The notes under the pieces: model-generated
Databases searched by the model: none
What the model saw: the letters and a program-made list of their open reading frames with translations, nothing else
Told to the model about the DNA's origin: nothing
Made by a program: the position numbers and the translations under genes
Origin: Camelus ferus
Taxonomy: Eukaryota
Length of the DNA stretch: 64,000 bases
Direction: 5' to 3'
Assembly: GCF_009834535.1 (NCBI RefSeq)
Contig: NC_045696.1
Coordinates: 4,218,001-4,282,000, forward strand
In this document: piece after piece, positions 12,706-25,739 of the stretch
How the letters are laid out: every line of letters starts with the position of its first letter
Numbering within the stretch: position 1 is the stretch's first letter

Positions 12706-15700
12706 CTGCGGGAGGGTGAGAAAGGAGGACAGGGCTTCAGCGCAGCACTTGGAGGGATCCCACGCAGGCACCAGGCATGAAACACAACATTGCATTTCTT
12801 CCTGTGTCGTATTTTTCACGGCTCAACAAGAAACAAGCTTACAATTAAAGGGCAGTAATTCAGGAACCTCCAGCAGAGCTACCTACTACTTGGTACTTTT
12901 CCTTTAGGTTCAGCCCTGTTGTAAAAATGAGACAGTGTTTCCAGAAGCTACTGAGATGCTGCCCTGCTCACCCCGCCCGACAGCCTCGTGAGCCGGGCGG
13001 GAGAAGATGTGGAAGTGGGTTACCGAGGTAGGTGGTGGATTCTAATCTTAGACATTTCTGAGTAAGGAGAGAGCAGTGTCTCCAGGAGCTGCCTTGGCAG
13101 CTTCAGAAACAGTTTTGATTCACCCGTTTTCAGCCAAGGTCGTGCATCACGCCAATGACACGTACCTGACCCTGAGGACAGTTCACCCCCGATCCTGGAC
13201 CCTGGGCTGTGGCTCAGCTCTGCCAGCTGTCGACTGACCTCTGGGGATCAGTAAAGGAATGACGCTATTCTCCTGAAGTTTGAAGGCTTGATTCCCCACA
13301 GCCATGCTTCAGTAATTTGCTCGGTGCCTCCCTTACGTGAAGCGATACCTTCAGGGAAGAGTCCTATTTCTCCAGGACTGAAAAGAAGGGAGGGTCTGTG
13401 AACAGGTCTTAGTTGGGGTTGGGCCACAGGTGCTGGTGGTCAGGAGGGAAGGTTACAGACTTACACTTAGACTTGGCTTTGACAACAGGGAGCGATTAGA
13501 GTTGGTCACTGTGAGTGAAAACAGTTGAAACATCATAGATGCTCTAGGCATACTCTGACCACCTGCGGTTAACATAGGGATTATTTATTTTCCAGAAGTG
13601 CTACACATCTAATTCTGGAGGGAGGGAGGAGAGCCTTGTGATCAAACAGACAGAAATCTCCCCATCTGTTTAGTTCATTTGTATTTGGCCCCCTACCTGC
13701 TGCTTTCTCAGCTTCCGTGGGCTCTCTGGCAGAACCTGGCACCATCTCTATGTGTGATCTTTGTCTAAACACTTGGGGTTCAGGTCAAGGAGTGGGATGA
13801 AGCCCCCTCTTGAAATGGGCTGGGTCTGGCAGTGACCGGGTCTGTGTCCACCTTCTTGGGGGGCAGCCAAGTCAACACTGCCTGGAATTGCATCCTGGCT
13901 CCAACGCCCACCGATAACCATGTGATTTGTTCCTTTGTTTGCCTATCTGTAAAACGGGGAGGACAGTAGCAGCCTAGAGCTCCCCTGGGGCTTAAATGAG
14001 GCCGTGCACACAGAATGCTTGGACGAGTGTGCGGCACACAGGACAGGTATCACTATTACCCCTTTAAAGGTTTAAAAGCACACCAGCGGCCAGGACCCAC
14101 CAAGAGAGCCCGATCCAGCCGGGGTGCTCTGGAACCCAGGCAACGGTGATGTCAAGAGACCTCACAGGTGGTTCTGACCCACATCCTTGGTGCAAAGCAC
14201 CTGGGGCTGGTACTCTGTGATCAGCACTGGGTGTTCAGTTAGCCCACTTCAGAAACGCCTTTGGGCCACCCACCCGGACCCCTCTGCCAGCCCTGTTTCT
14301 GGACCTGCTCCACTTCCTACGAATCCTGTGCTTGTCTCCTCAGTCCTGGGGAAGTGAAGCCAATTGTTGGAAATCTTGCAGCTTCAGAGATAAAAAGGTA
14401 AAAGATGACATGGGGAGTCCAGACACTCAAAAGAACCCTGAAGCAGCTGATTCTCAAGGAAGCTTTACATGTTACTAATTCCAGATAATTTAGCTTTGCA
14501 CTAACCCCTTCCAAACAATCAGCATCAAATCAGTCGTACTGCTTTCATTTTCAAAGTCATGTGAAGATCAAATGTTCTGCCCAAGGTCACACCGTCTGTT
14601 ACAAGTAGGAATCTAAGTTATTACAGGGCCCCAGAAGCCATCCGGGCTGCACAGACAGGGCTCTGTGCTCTGACTGCCCTCGGCGAGGGCTGAACCCCTC
14701 TGACGCTCAGCCCACCCAGCTCCAGAACAGAAATGACTTGGCCCTACAAAGTCTGCCTTGTGGGGAAGTCCTGAGCCTCCAGTGAAGGTGCCCTGTGATG
14801 TTCTCAGCCCAGTGCCTCGTGAGAAGCCACAGCGCTGGCAGACACACCCTGCCCCCTGCCTGTTGCCCCCACCCGCACTGCCTGCACCACTCGCTAGTAA
14901 ACTTGAGCTGGAACAAATTCCTTATGGAGAGAAAACAGGCCTTTCTGCACCCACGATTCTGTTTCACACTTAGCTCTGGCTCAAAGCCCAGCTCTGTACA
15001 AGGAGCTGTGGTGCCTGATGACAGGCCAGGGGAGGGGACCTCTCAAGTGCATGCAGACCCACCCGGTCTCCTGGAACCCGGGGGGCACACCCAGTGCCAA
15101 TTCCGCCGCCTCTGACATCCCTTCCGGGTGGAAACCCCCCCCAGCCCGCCGCCCTCCTCCTGCACACCATCATGACTTCCTTTGGGTCGCCACAAACTGG
15201 AGAACGTTCAGTTCTGTCCTTCCCTGTTTTGTGAAGGTCCTGATGCTAATGAGCACAGGGGATCCACAGTCTCTTTGATGCATGGTTACTTAGAGTGCCC
15301 GGAGACCCCCGGGTGCCTGCAGCCTGCCTGTGCTCCGACTCCGGGGTGAGGGGAAGGCCGCGTGATGCCCCCCCCACCGCCGGCCTGGCCGCGCGATGCC
15401 CCCCCCACCCCCGCCTGGCGGGGGCACCTCTGCCTGCTGTGGTTCCAGTGCCGCCTGGAGGCTCCGTTTTCATTCGACCATACAAATTTAATAAATGTGT
15501 TTTCTTTTACTGCTACCCTAATAAAAACTCCTAAACAAACACTATAATCCAGGTGATTCAGAGTGTGTTAACATCTGTAAACTGTACAAGTAAAACAGAC
15601 AAAAGACAAACAAGAAAAAGTCATGCCATGGGTGTACCTTGAAGGAAGTTTCAAAGAACCTTGCCCTTTACCTTAAATTGTAAAAATGCCTAGAGATATA

Positions 15701-15842
15701 TAATTCATCGTGTGAGCGCTGGTCTGCTTCAGCCACGCGACTTTCGCTGGCTCCCGCAGCCAGGCCCCACTGTCAGCCCTGCAGCCACTGCTTTCAGAAT
15801 CTTGTCCCATCGCTGGGTTTTCTCAGATCCGATTATTCTTAC

Positions 15843-16059
15843 CTTGGCCAGGGTAGCGTAAGCCAGTCCCAGTATCCCATTCCATTTAATCCCAGGCAAG
15901 AAGAAATTCTCTGACTCGAAGATTGTGGCAATGTTGACAAGAAAGGAACTATTGAAGCCTTTGGGGATGGTGACAACGTCCTCCCCGACGAAGCCAGTCC
16001 AGCTCCCTTGTGTGTACTTCACAGTGACGTCGAAGCCCTTGGGGCGGTAGGTGCTGGAC
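15843..16059 (-). CDS. BACE2: BACE2 exon 3 (SSTYRPKGFDVTVKYTQGSW...WNGILGLAYATLAK), includes flap Tyr and NSS sequon
   Basis: Inside ORF 15729..16187; acceptor CTCTTTCTCCAG|G, donor AAG|GTAAGA; 217 nt. Confidence 0.98.
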
Positions 16060-18315
16060 CTGGAGAAAGAGAAGAGGCATCGTGATCTGCATCCCGTCCA
16101 CGTGTCCCTGTTCTGACAAGACGGCCGGTCACGGCTGCCCAGGCAGCGGTCAGTAAGCACAGAAGGTCCACGTAAGCAATTCTTCATGATGATCGGGCCT
16201 GTGCTCTCCAGGTGGCATTTCCCAAGAAATAACTAACATTTGGGTAATGGCGTCTTCTGAGCTATGTGTGAGGGGGTCCTGGGGTTAACATGTGGCCCCC
16301 GAATTTAAGTCTTTGCCGAGCCTTAGTTCAACCGCATAAGTCAGGTGTTGACTTAACTGCATTGGCCTTGGACAGCACAACTAAATGTGGGCACCCGCCT
16401 GGCCCTCTGGCTCTGCGGGGACCCTGCACTGCTGCTCTGGAACACAGAGAAAAGCTGGCAGCCCAGAGGACGGTGCCACCAGCTTGCGCCCGCAGTGGCC
16501 TGGGTTTCAGAGTCACACACACAACCAAGGTGACGAATAAAGACCAAGCCACAGCCCGACACCAGGGCTGTTCATCCCCAGGGCCCGTGCTGCCTGCTGG
16601 TGTGTCACAGGTCCCTTCTCAAGGCTGCCCCAAGTGCCCGGAAGCTGGTTACAGTCATACCAAAACACGAGGACGACATGAATGATACGCTGTGACACAG
16701 ATCGCTGTGACAGCCCCACACGCACACAGCCCTGAGGGTAAGAGTTACTGAGACAGTCACGTGAACAAGACCAGACAAGGGGAAGGGTGATGGAAATCCT
16801 GCTCTCGGGATTTCAGAGACAGACAATGAACAAAGGAACAAACAGGCAAGGACAGTGGGAGAAGAGCTGTCCAGGGAAGGGAGCTGGGGGAGGGGAGGGC
16901 AAGGGCCCTGTGGGTCACTGAGGCCTCTTTGAAAGGATGACACTTGTGTAAGACCTGGATGAAGACAAGGAACCACATGGCTGCCTGTGGAGGGGACATC
17001 CTGGAGAAAGAACAGCAGATGTCAAGGCCCTGGGTGTCCAATCCTATAGTCATTCTTACACTCATTTGAGTTTGAAAACTTTGTCAGACTAGAGAAAGGA
17101 ACACAGTGAACAATCTAGGCAAATATGTGGGCATTCCAACCATGCTCTCCTTAGGAAAACTATGCAGTTTCTAAGCCAAATGTCAAATCAGCAAACAGAT
17201 CATTGCTACGTGTTCCTGTTTGCAGTTTTCACTTCACTTTGTTTTAAGATTAAATCTCTGAACATTAATACATGTTAATAAGTCTTTGCTGTAGGATTAT
17301 ATGAACTAGTGTGGTCTTGTTTGGAGTTAGGCAGGAAGTCAGAGAATATATAACCTTTTTTGGGGTACATATCATAAGCTTTAAAAATGTTAACAGTCTT
17401 TAATTTGATAATTGTACTTTTGAGAATCAGATCCTACGGAAATGTCCATTTTGCAGACAGAAATTCATGTTTTATTTATAACAGAAAATAGATGGAAACA
17501 ATCTAAATGCCCAGTAAAAAGGAAATAGTTTAGTAAATTATGGTATATCCAAATGGTGGAATATTATGTAGCACTGAAAACGCTGTTGACTAAAACATTT
17601 TCAGTGACAGGAAAAAATTAAGGTCAAAGAAACATTTGTACATCTGGCAGAATCTTCTTCAAAGCAAATTTATTACACTCAGATAGTAACAGTGCTACCT
17701 CTGGATGGTGGGGTTTTGTGGAGGGAAATTCACTCTTGTGGTTGGGCCCTTCCATATTTTCTGCATAGATAAATTTTATCATCAGAGAGAAAAAAGGTTA
17801 TTTTTAAAATGTCTGGCAGACACACTTTGGAGAAATTTAATTTATTCTAACTCCATCATGGGATATGAAATATGAAGAATGTTTAGTTTTAATGTTTCCT
17901 TACTATTTTGGCTAACTCCACCATGATCTTCAAGAGAGAACAGCATTAAGTGAACGTTTTCTGCACACATATTTTCTAATAAGGGCAGGCACAGACCAAA
18001 AAGTAAGAGTGGATGGACCCCAGGCACAGGGACCACTAAGGGACCCATCAGAAATTACACATATAAAGCACACAATGAGGGCACTGAAATGCAGGCGCTT
18101 GAGGGCTGGTGTTTTAGTGCCAAGTTCTAGTGCCAGCATCAATGCAGCTACGCCTGGCACACAGCAGGGGCTGCACACACTTACGCTGAAAAGCAATGAA
18201 AAGACTGAATTGTCAGTCCCTTTTGACAATTCAGGGTCATTCCTCAAGTTCAGCACCAAACTGTTGTTAATGGAAGAGGCTAATTATTTTGAAAGGCTTA
18301 GAGGATATCAGGGAG

Positions 18316-18550
18316 CATGGGGTTGGCCAACTTTTCCTGTAAAGGGGCCAGACAATAAATGTTTCAGCTTGGTGGGGGGGGGGTGTCACGTGATCTCCGT
18401 TACAACCACACCCAGCTCTGCAAGTATCCTGAAGAAGCAGCCACAGATACAGATCAACAAACGTGTGTGGCTGTGTGCCAATAAAACTTTATTCACACAA
18501 ACAGACAGCAGGCTGGATGCAGCCTGTCAGCCCTAGTTTGCCAGCTCCTG
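18316..18550 (+). mobile_element. MER58A-like hAT element
   Basis: ggggttggccaacttttcctgtaaagggg...gtggctgtgtgccaataaaactttatt...tagtttgccagctcctg. Confidence 0.85.
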
Positions 18551-18634
18551 ATCTAGATTATTCGTTATCCCCCGAAGCACGCTATAGTAGCATGCCTTTC
18601 TTTTAAGAAGTTGTTTTGTCTTCCATTTGATTTT

Positions 18635-18794
18635 TTTTTAAGTTGAAGTATAGTCAGTTACAATGTGTCAGTTTCTGGTGTACAGCACAATGTTTCAGTC
18701 ATACTTGTACATACATAGATTCGTTTTCCTATTATTTTTCATTATAGGTTACTACTATAAGACATTAACATGGTTCCCTGTGCTATACAGAAGA
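18635..18794 (-). mobile_element. Short L1 3'-end insertion
   Basis: T tract then ttgaagtatagtcagttacaatgtgtc...gttccctgtgctatacag; imperfect TSD CAT(T/C)TGATTTT. Confidence 0.85.
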
Positions 18795-18959
18795 CATCTG
18801 ATTTTGAGAAGTTGTCTTCTTCTTACTCTGTCCAGCCTACAGAAGACTCATCAGCATCTCAGCGTGTCCTCTATGGTGCACTGATCTACTTGCTGCTTCC
18901 CTCACGGGCAAACATCCTGGATACATCGGTGCCATTTGCAGACAGATGTGAGGCAGCTG

Positions 18960-19165
18960 GAGTTACACTGCCTGGGGTCAGACACGACTTCAACCTGGGG
19001 CAAGTTATTTAACTGCTCTGCACCTCAGTTTCCTCAGCTGAAAAGTGGGGGAAATACAGTTCCACACCTCATTGGGTTAACATTGAGGATGAAAAGAGGT
19101 CATGCTGTCAACCATGTAGAACAAAACCCTGGAACACAGCAGGTGCACAACAAAAATAGCTGCTA
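18960..19165 (+). mobile_element. MIR SINE
   Basis: gggcaagttatttaactgctctgcacctcagtttcctcagctgaaaagtgggg. Confidence 0.8.
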
Positions 19166-19414
19166 GTATTATAATTATCCAATCACTTGCTACCTTTAGT
19201 CAATCTATGAGCTGGTGTTAGAAAATGTAAGAATTTTTTCCCTAGAAAATGTTCCTATAGACTTATTCTTACTGACTATCCCAAACTTCCTCATTATGAA
19301 GTCCAACAAGCTCCATGAAGACAGGCAAGTCTTGGGTATGACTTGGCTACAATGGTCAGGGGAAGAGAGGGGCCTTCACATTTCTAAAAAAACAGAGTTC
19401 TTCTGGGTTCTAGC

Positions 19415-20100
19415 CCAGGACTGTCCAACAGAACTTCTACAATGACAAATATTCTCTATTGATGCTTCCAACACAGTAGCCACAGGTGGCTATAGACCTG
19501 AAATGTGATTCAAGATCTTCAACATGTGACGAGGTCACATCCTGATAAACCCATCATAAGTTGAAAATATCGATGTCAAAGATGCATCCAATGCACCTAA
19601 CCTACCTCACATCCTGCCCTACTTTAAACACTCTCAGAACACATACATGAGCCTACAGGTGGGCAAAATCATCTGACACAAAGCCTATTTTGTAATGACA
19701 TGCTGACTATCTCCTGTAATTTAGTGAATACTGTCCTGAGAGTGAAAGACAATGCGGTCTGGGGCCAGCACGGTTACAGGTGTATCTGTCGTCCACCCTT
19801 GTGACTGCGTGGGTGCCTGGGAACCGCAGCGGCCACTACCTGGTATCACTGGACAAAATCATCCTGCATATCAGCAGCTTGGGAGGAGATCAAAATCCAA
19901 AACACGAAGTGTGGTTTCTACTGAGCACGACTGCTTTTGTACCATCGTAAAGTGGAAAAAACCCTAAATTGACCCATCATAAGTCAAGGACTGTCCGTTC
20001 TTTTTAGTTTGTCTAAAGAGCTGAACTTGTATTTAACATTAATTAATTTAAATTTAATTGCCACCTGTGAATAGTAGCTACGCTTGCAGAAAGCGCAGTT
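19415..20100 (+). mobile_element. MER3-like hAT-Charlie element split by the Tigger insertion (halves ~19415-19508 and ~20010-20100)
   Basis: Left half ctgtccaacagaacttct...gtagccac..gtggcta..tgaaatgtg; right half aattaatttaaatttaattgccacctgtg..tagtagctac...agcgcag. Confidence 0.75.
19510..19997 (+). mobile_element. Tigger3b/Golem-type TcMar DNA transposon nested in MER3
   Basis: cctgataaacccatcataagttgaaaatatcg...gggcaaaatcatctgacacaaagcctatttt...catcataagtcaaggactgtc. Confidence 0.85.
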
Positions 20101-23100
20101 CTAGATAATGTGAGAGAAAGTAATTCTTAGTTCATACTCCCTGGGCTCCTCGAACTAAACCTCAAAGAGCAAAAACCCCAGAGATGAACCGTAAGCAGCT
20201 CTCAGAGTTATTAATATTTACTCCCCAGTGCCAGGCTTAAAAAAAAAAAGTGCATTTCTCCATTTGGTGCATTTGGCACTAAAATGCTTTGGCTCTCGAT
20301 TGCGCTGCACATTAATTAGCTACATCGAGAGCAAACCCCAGATTGGCTGCTTCTTGCAGTGTCCATCCTGGGTATGCAGAAAGCCATCCATCAAGGATGT
20401 GGGGAGCCCGGGAAAAGTCCGCTCACAGCAATAAAACCACTTTGAACCAAATTCAGGAGACATTCTGCCTCTGATAAGAGTGTTCGGGAGATGCAGGATC
20501 AAAAAGTGAAATCAATTGAACTGAGGAGCAAAGAACCACGGAACGTGTTATTATTTTAAAGAAACTCATGTTGCTTTCAGAGAACATACAGTCAGACAGT
20601 GGAAGGGCAGAAGTCAGAAGAGCTGAATCCTGGGGTCGGCTCTGTTTCTCTGAAGCCATCCGACCCCTGAAATGCCGAGTCTCCTGAGAAACTCTGCCAA
20701 GACGTGCCTGGGGCTCTTCTGCACATTTCAGAGTCTGGAGTCTATCTTTGAGGATGGTTGGCCTCGACCAGGTGACCAGATACCCCTCTTACTCTTGTGA
20801 GGTCTGAAAGTGGCCAGAGTGAAGGGCCCGCAGACAGCCCAGGGATGCTCAGTCAGCCTGCTCAGCCCGGAGGTTTCCCAGTATCCTCGGCAGCGGCGAC
20901 CGCTGTGGCTCCAGCACGGCAGGGCCCCCTCCTGGACAGGCAGGTGCTGGGAGGCTCCATGCATTGTCCAATGGTCAGTCAACGGAAAGGTGAGACATTT
21001 GGCCTCAAGGGTCCAGCTCCTTAAGGAAACGACCTACTAACTTACTAATATTCCAATTCTACTTACCAGCATCAGTTGAGGAAAAGAAATGGCTCCCTTG
21101 CCACAGATACTCTGTGGGCTTCGCCCCAGACACAGTACAGGAGGAGGAGATGTTTTAATGAAGATATGCTTAATTTCCTGAATAGATTAGTATGAGGTCA
21201 GGGGGATAAATACATTGAGTCTCTCATCAAGTCAATCTGCTGGGGGCTATTTTACTGCCTAAAGAAGAAAAACATCTGAAAAAACTTACATGACTGTCTT
21301 TTTGCTATATAGTAATTCACTGGAACATTCACCACCACGAAAAGAGGGCTCCTGATGGGACAAAGGGACACAAATGACTAACGGTAGCCTGACGGCTCAT
21401 TCCACAAATCAAAGAGATCTTGTCAAAGAGCCCCAAGTCAAACCTCCAATTACGGGGAAATGTTCCAGGAAGCGTTCAGCCTGAACACCCAGAGACGCGG
21501 GACTTGACTCAGCAGCTGACGAGCCCAACCGGAGGCCTTGTTATAACAAAGAGATCAGAGGAACAAGCAAATGCGGGAACATCACAGGGCAGGAGCCACG
21601 GCTCAGAAAAGAAACCTTTGTCAAACACTGAGAAAGGAAGTGAGGACATTCTCTCCGCTTCCATCAGACACAATGGTGGACGGTGTACCTTAGGCCAATG
21701 CGGAAGTTCGCTGAAAGCATCACACAAATTAATCGTACATAATTGACATAGGAAATTACGTTCATCATTTGTATCGTCATAAGAATAAATCTGTGTTAAC
21801 AAAAGCCTGTGAGAAGCATGGAGAAAAAACAGAGGAAAGGAAAGAAAGAAAGGTTAATATAAATCTAACCAAGTATTTAACCGGCAACATGCATATGTTA
21901 GTAGAAATGCAGTTGATGGAACAGAACTTCCTAAAACTCAGAAATGTGAGGCTTCACATCTGATTCAGCTAAGAAGAAATCTGATAGCCCCGTGGAAGCA
22001 CTGATCTCCTTAAAAGAAGGGCAGTACCAGGGCTGGGGGCCCAAAGGGGGTCAAGTTTCATGAGGACTCAGTAAATGTCAGCAATACTTGCAAATGAGGA
22101 AGGCAGGTCAAGGTCTGAATGACGGAAGTGCCACTGGGAAGAAACCGACAATGCAGGGGTCCTGGGTTCAGGCTGGCAGGTTCCGCTGTATCTCTTTTTA
22201 TTCGCTCACAAAAGGAGAACTCGATGAGAAACTTGAGCGCTCAAGCTGGGAGGGACCCCTGAATTCTCTTGTGGGGTTAGCAGGAAGGCAGGCCCAGTGG
22301 TCATGGGAGCTAGGGAGGTTCCCAGGAGCCTTCACATTAAATCAGGTGTGAAGAAACCAGAGAAGCTCAGTCTTTAAATAAGAAAGACAGGAGCCACTTG
22401 CCACCCGAAGCCAAACCTGGCCAGGAGGAAAGCTGTAAGGATGGGCCCCACTGAAGGCTGAAAGAAAACCATGATTCAGGCAAACAACGAGCAAAGTCGA
22501 AGACATGAGGAGGACACCCAGGTGTCTACCGCCCCGATTAAATATTGTACACATATTAAATGACACCGCATCCAGCATTTGTAACACGGACTATTATTTA
22601 CCCTTGAAAGTTTCAATAACTGCATCTGCACTGCAAAAGGATGACGGGGTTGAAAAGCACACTCCGACCTTTATCAAAGCCCAGCACTTACCTGCTGGGG
22701 AGGAAATGACCACCCACGGCACTAGATTCGCACATTTAAATCTATAGAGTAGATGTACACCCACCCAAACTTGGCTTGACTGTCCTGCACTTTTCCCCCC
22801 CCATTTGTATCACAGGTCTACAGATGTGTGATGGAAAACAAAATTACTCCAGCGGAGGAAAACCGTTAAAGATGTACCTGAGCTCCAAAGATGTCTATTC
22901 TTCCTCGACGGCAGGCAGAGCCCGCGGTGGGCGTGGGGAGGCGGGGTAAGTGTGCGGTCTGGGAAGAGCCTTGCAGTGGGAAAGACGCAGAGCTGGGACT
23001 GCTCTGCCACCAACACATTCTTCACCTAGTGTAATAGACATGGCATTTCCCGGAATGTAACTATTGTGCACATTGAGGGAAGGTGATACTTTGGGGGGAA

Positions 23101-24852
23101 ACTTTACCAAGAGTCTTCACCCATCTGGAAGAATCATGTCATCAACCCAAGCTGCTCTGGGTGTCGGAGTCAGTTTTAATCAGATTTTATCAGTCTGTGC
23201 TGGGCGCTGCATGGTTAGGTCGATGCTCACAGCCTCACACACCCCCCGACTTCACGTGTCTCCTACCCAGAGTGCTTACATATTGAGGTACTGATCACCT
23301 GTAAATTGCCTTCTTTTATCCCCCCACCCTCCCATACTGCATCAGGGCATTCAGAATTACATACATTGGTGACATATTACCTTTGCATAGTTCAAGGCAT
23401 TACAAAGCACTTGTTACAAACAGGGGGTGCCAGGACTGAAGTTTTGCACCTGCTGGCCTAGCAGCCTGGACTCGGGCCAGTCTCTAGGCTCCTGGACCTC
23501 CTGTGCTACATGAATAAAGAGAGGTTTGGTTCCATGATGAAGCGACTGAGGGCAGGAGGCTGTCTGGGGCCGGGGATTTGGATGAACCACAGTCTGAGCG
23601 GGAACAGGCCAAGGGTAGTGGGTGCATCATAAGCCAACCTCCTTCCCCCGCCTGCACACCCCTTGCCCCATCTCACACACATCTGAGGTTACACCAGGAA
23701 CTTCAGGGTGCACGTCGGCCTCTTGATCGCAACCGGGAGTTCCATCGGGAATTTCAACGATAAAAGGTGGTCAACACACTGAGTCCCACATTAAGCCATT
23801 GATTCCTTGAAGGAGGGGCCAACCATATATCATGGTAGCCCCGGAGGCCCACAGAGCACCAGCCCCCACTCCCCTCCAGCTGGACTCCCAGGGGACCACT
23901 CCTCTCTGTGCCACCAAAACGGAGACCAAGACGCACAGGGAGGAGGTAGGCGGGCGCTTCTGTGTAAAAGATCCTGCCTCATTAACAGGACTTTCAGAAG
24001 CTTCTCAGTTGTCACTTTCCCTCCTGTGTGTCCTTTCTTTTCTTCCCCAACTAAAGTCGGGGTTTATTCCCCCAAACAAAAGATTGAGGGTGAGGAAAGC
24101 GAGAAAGGAAAGACACAAGGATTTGCAGCAGGGAAGTGTGATGTAGCAGTGCCTGACCCTAAAAGGCTAAGTCTGTGTCAGCTTGCCTGTGTTAGCTGTG
24201 GCGTCCACACCTTAGCGTCACAACAGATGGGAAGTTAAAATGCGCAGAGCATTAAGGCAGAAACAGGTACCAACGACAGTGACTCTGACCCCACGGGCTC
24301 CTCCAGAGGTGACCAGTGACACACACAAGGACCCGGTGGCTCTCCTGAGGGCCCACCCAGAGCTCCCCGGGGCCCAGGGTCCCAGGCCTGCACTGTGCAG
24401 AGCTGGCCTCATTCCAGAGACCTCCATCCAGGCTCCACTCTTTCTCCCAACCCCGCCTACAACTGCGGAGCCCCGTCTCAGGCCTGAACGCTGTGTGCTC
24501 ACAACACATCCTTTCCAAATGGGTCATGGATTTCTCTCTCCAGGCACATCTGCCTGCATAGAAATGGTTTCTGTGAACCACCTTGACCCCACTGAACACT
24601 GGGGCGATGCAAACGTGGCTTTCCAAGCCACCGCCCACAACAGTCTCACACTCACATCCAATGCTCCCCTCCCTGCTGGAGCCCACCTCCATGCTAGGAC
24701 TGGAGGGGCTCGAGAAACAGCAAAGGGTCATGTGCTCCCTGCAACTCCAGTATGATGACAAGGCTCCTGTCTGACTTGGATTTGCATCGAACAGATCTCA
24801 TGAGGATGCACCAAGGTTACTAGGAGAACCCTCCTATGTTCATCTGGAACGA

Positions 24853-25065
24853 ATGCACACGTATACACGTGCACGTACACATGCTCGCACATGTGCACCA
24901 CACACAAGTATACACGCCACCACACGCACGTGCACACAGATATCTGCACGTGCACACAACTATATACGCATATACACAAATACACATGCCGCCATGTGCA
25001 CACAGATACCTACATACGCACACACGTACACACACACCGACAATCACAGATACGCACATGTACAC
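24853..25065. repeat. Degenerate CA/TA/CG alternating purine-pyrimidine tract
   Basis: cacacgtatacacgtgcacgtacacatg...; generates the spurious His/Thr and Cys/Val ORFs. Confidence 0.9.
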
Positions 25066-25175
25066 GTCTCCCTTGACATGAAATAAGACTTTTGGCTGCT
25101 TTCTTCCCGGTGCTTTCTGCAGGGCTCCTGCGGTGCCCCCAAACCTGCCACGCCAGGCGCGGACCCGTCACTCAC

Positions 25176-25264
25176 CTCTCCGCGTCGAAGTACGAGTCGA
25201 TGTAGGAGTGCGGGGCTCCCGCCACCGCGAAGTTGCTACTCCCGGTGTCAACGAGTATCTGCAG
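25176..25264 (-). CDS. BACE2: BACE2 exon 2 (LQILVDTGSSNFAVAGAPHSYIDSYFDAE-R), first catalytic Asp (DTGS)
   Basis: Manual translation of the minus strand; 89 nt; acceptor AAAAG|CTG, donor AG|GTGAGT; phase 2 matches exon 3. Confidence 0.97.
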
Positions 25265-25739
25265 CTTTTATTTTTTAGGGAAAAACACAGAAACCATCAG
25301 GTTACACTCCTGAATACTTCTTCTAAAAATGAAGTACCAAGAACAATTTACTACTTGGAAAAACTTCTATCGATCAGAAATTTATTGAAAAAACTGTTAC
25401 AAAACTGAACCCTGAACACAGTCCATTAGGAAGTTCGCACAGGAGGGGGAACCAGTTTTGCCTCAGATACATGCCAAACCTTAAAAGAAGATAAATTCAG
25501 CGAAATAACTGGGGTTTCCTTTCTCAGTCCCTGGTACTTGGTAACAAGGCAAAGCCCCTTCCCACCCCAGACTGTGGCTGGGGTCGTCACTTGGCTGGTG
25601 GCCCTCCTCCTGCCTTTCCAGTGTCACTCAGAAATCCTCACTCAACAGTGCCTCCCCACCAGGACGCCTCCCCGGCCCCCTCCTGGCAGTTGGTAAGCAC
25701 CTGGGGAACACCTGTCACAGGTATTTTTTTTCTTTTTAG

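Noticed and set aside
24728..25086. His/Thr- and Cys/Val-rich ORFs
   Set aside because: Translations of the CA/TG repeat.
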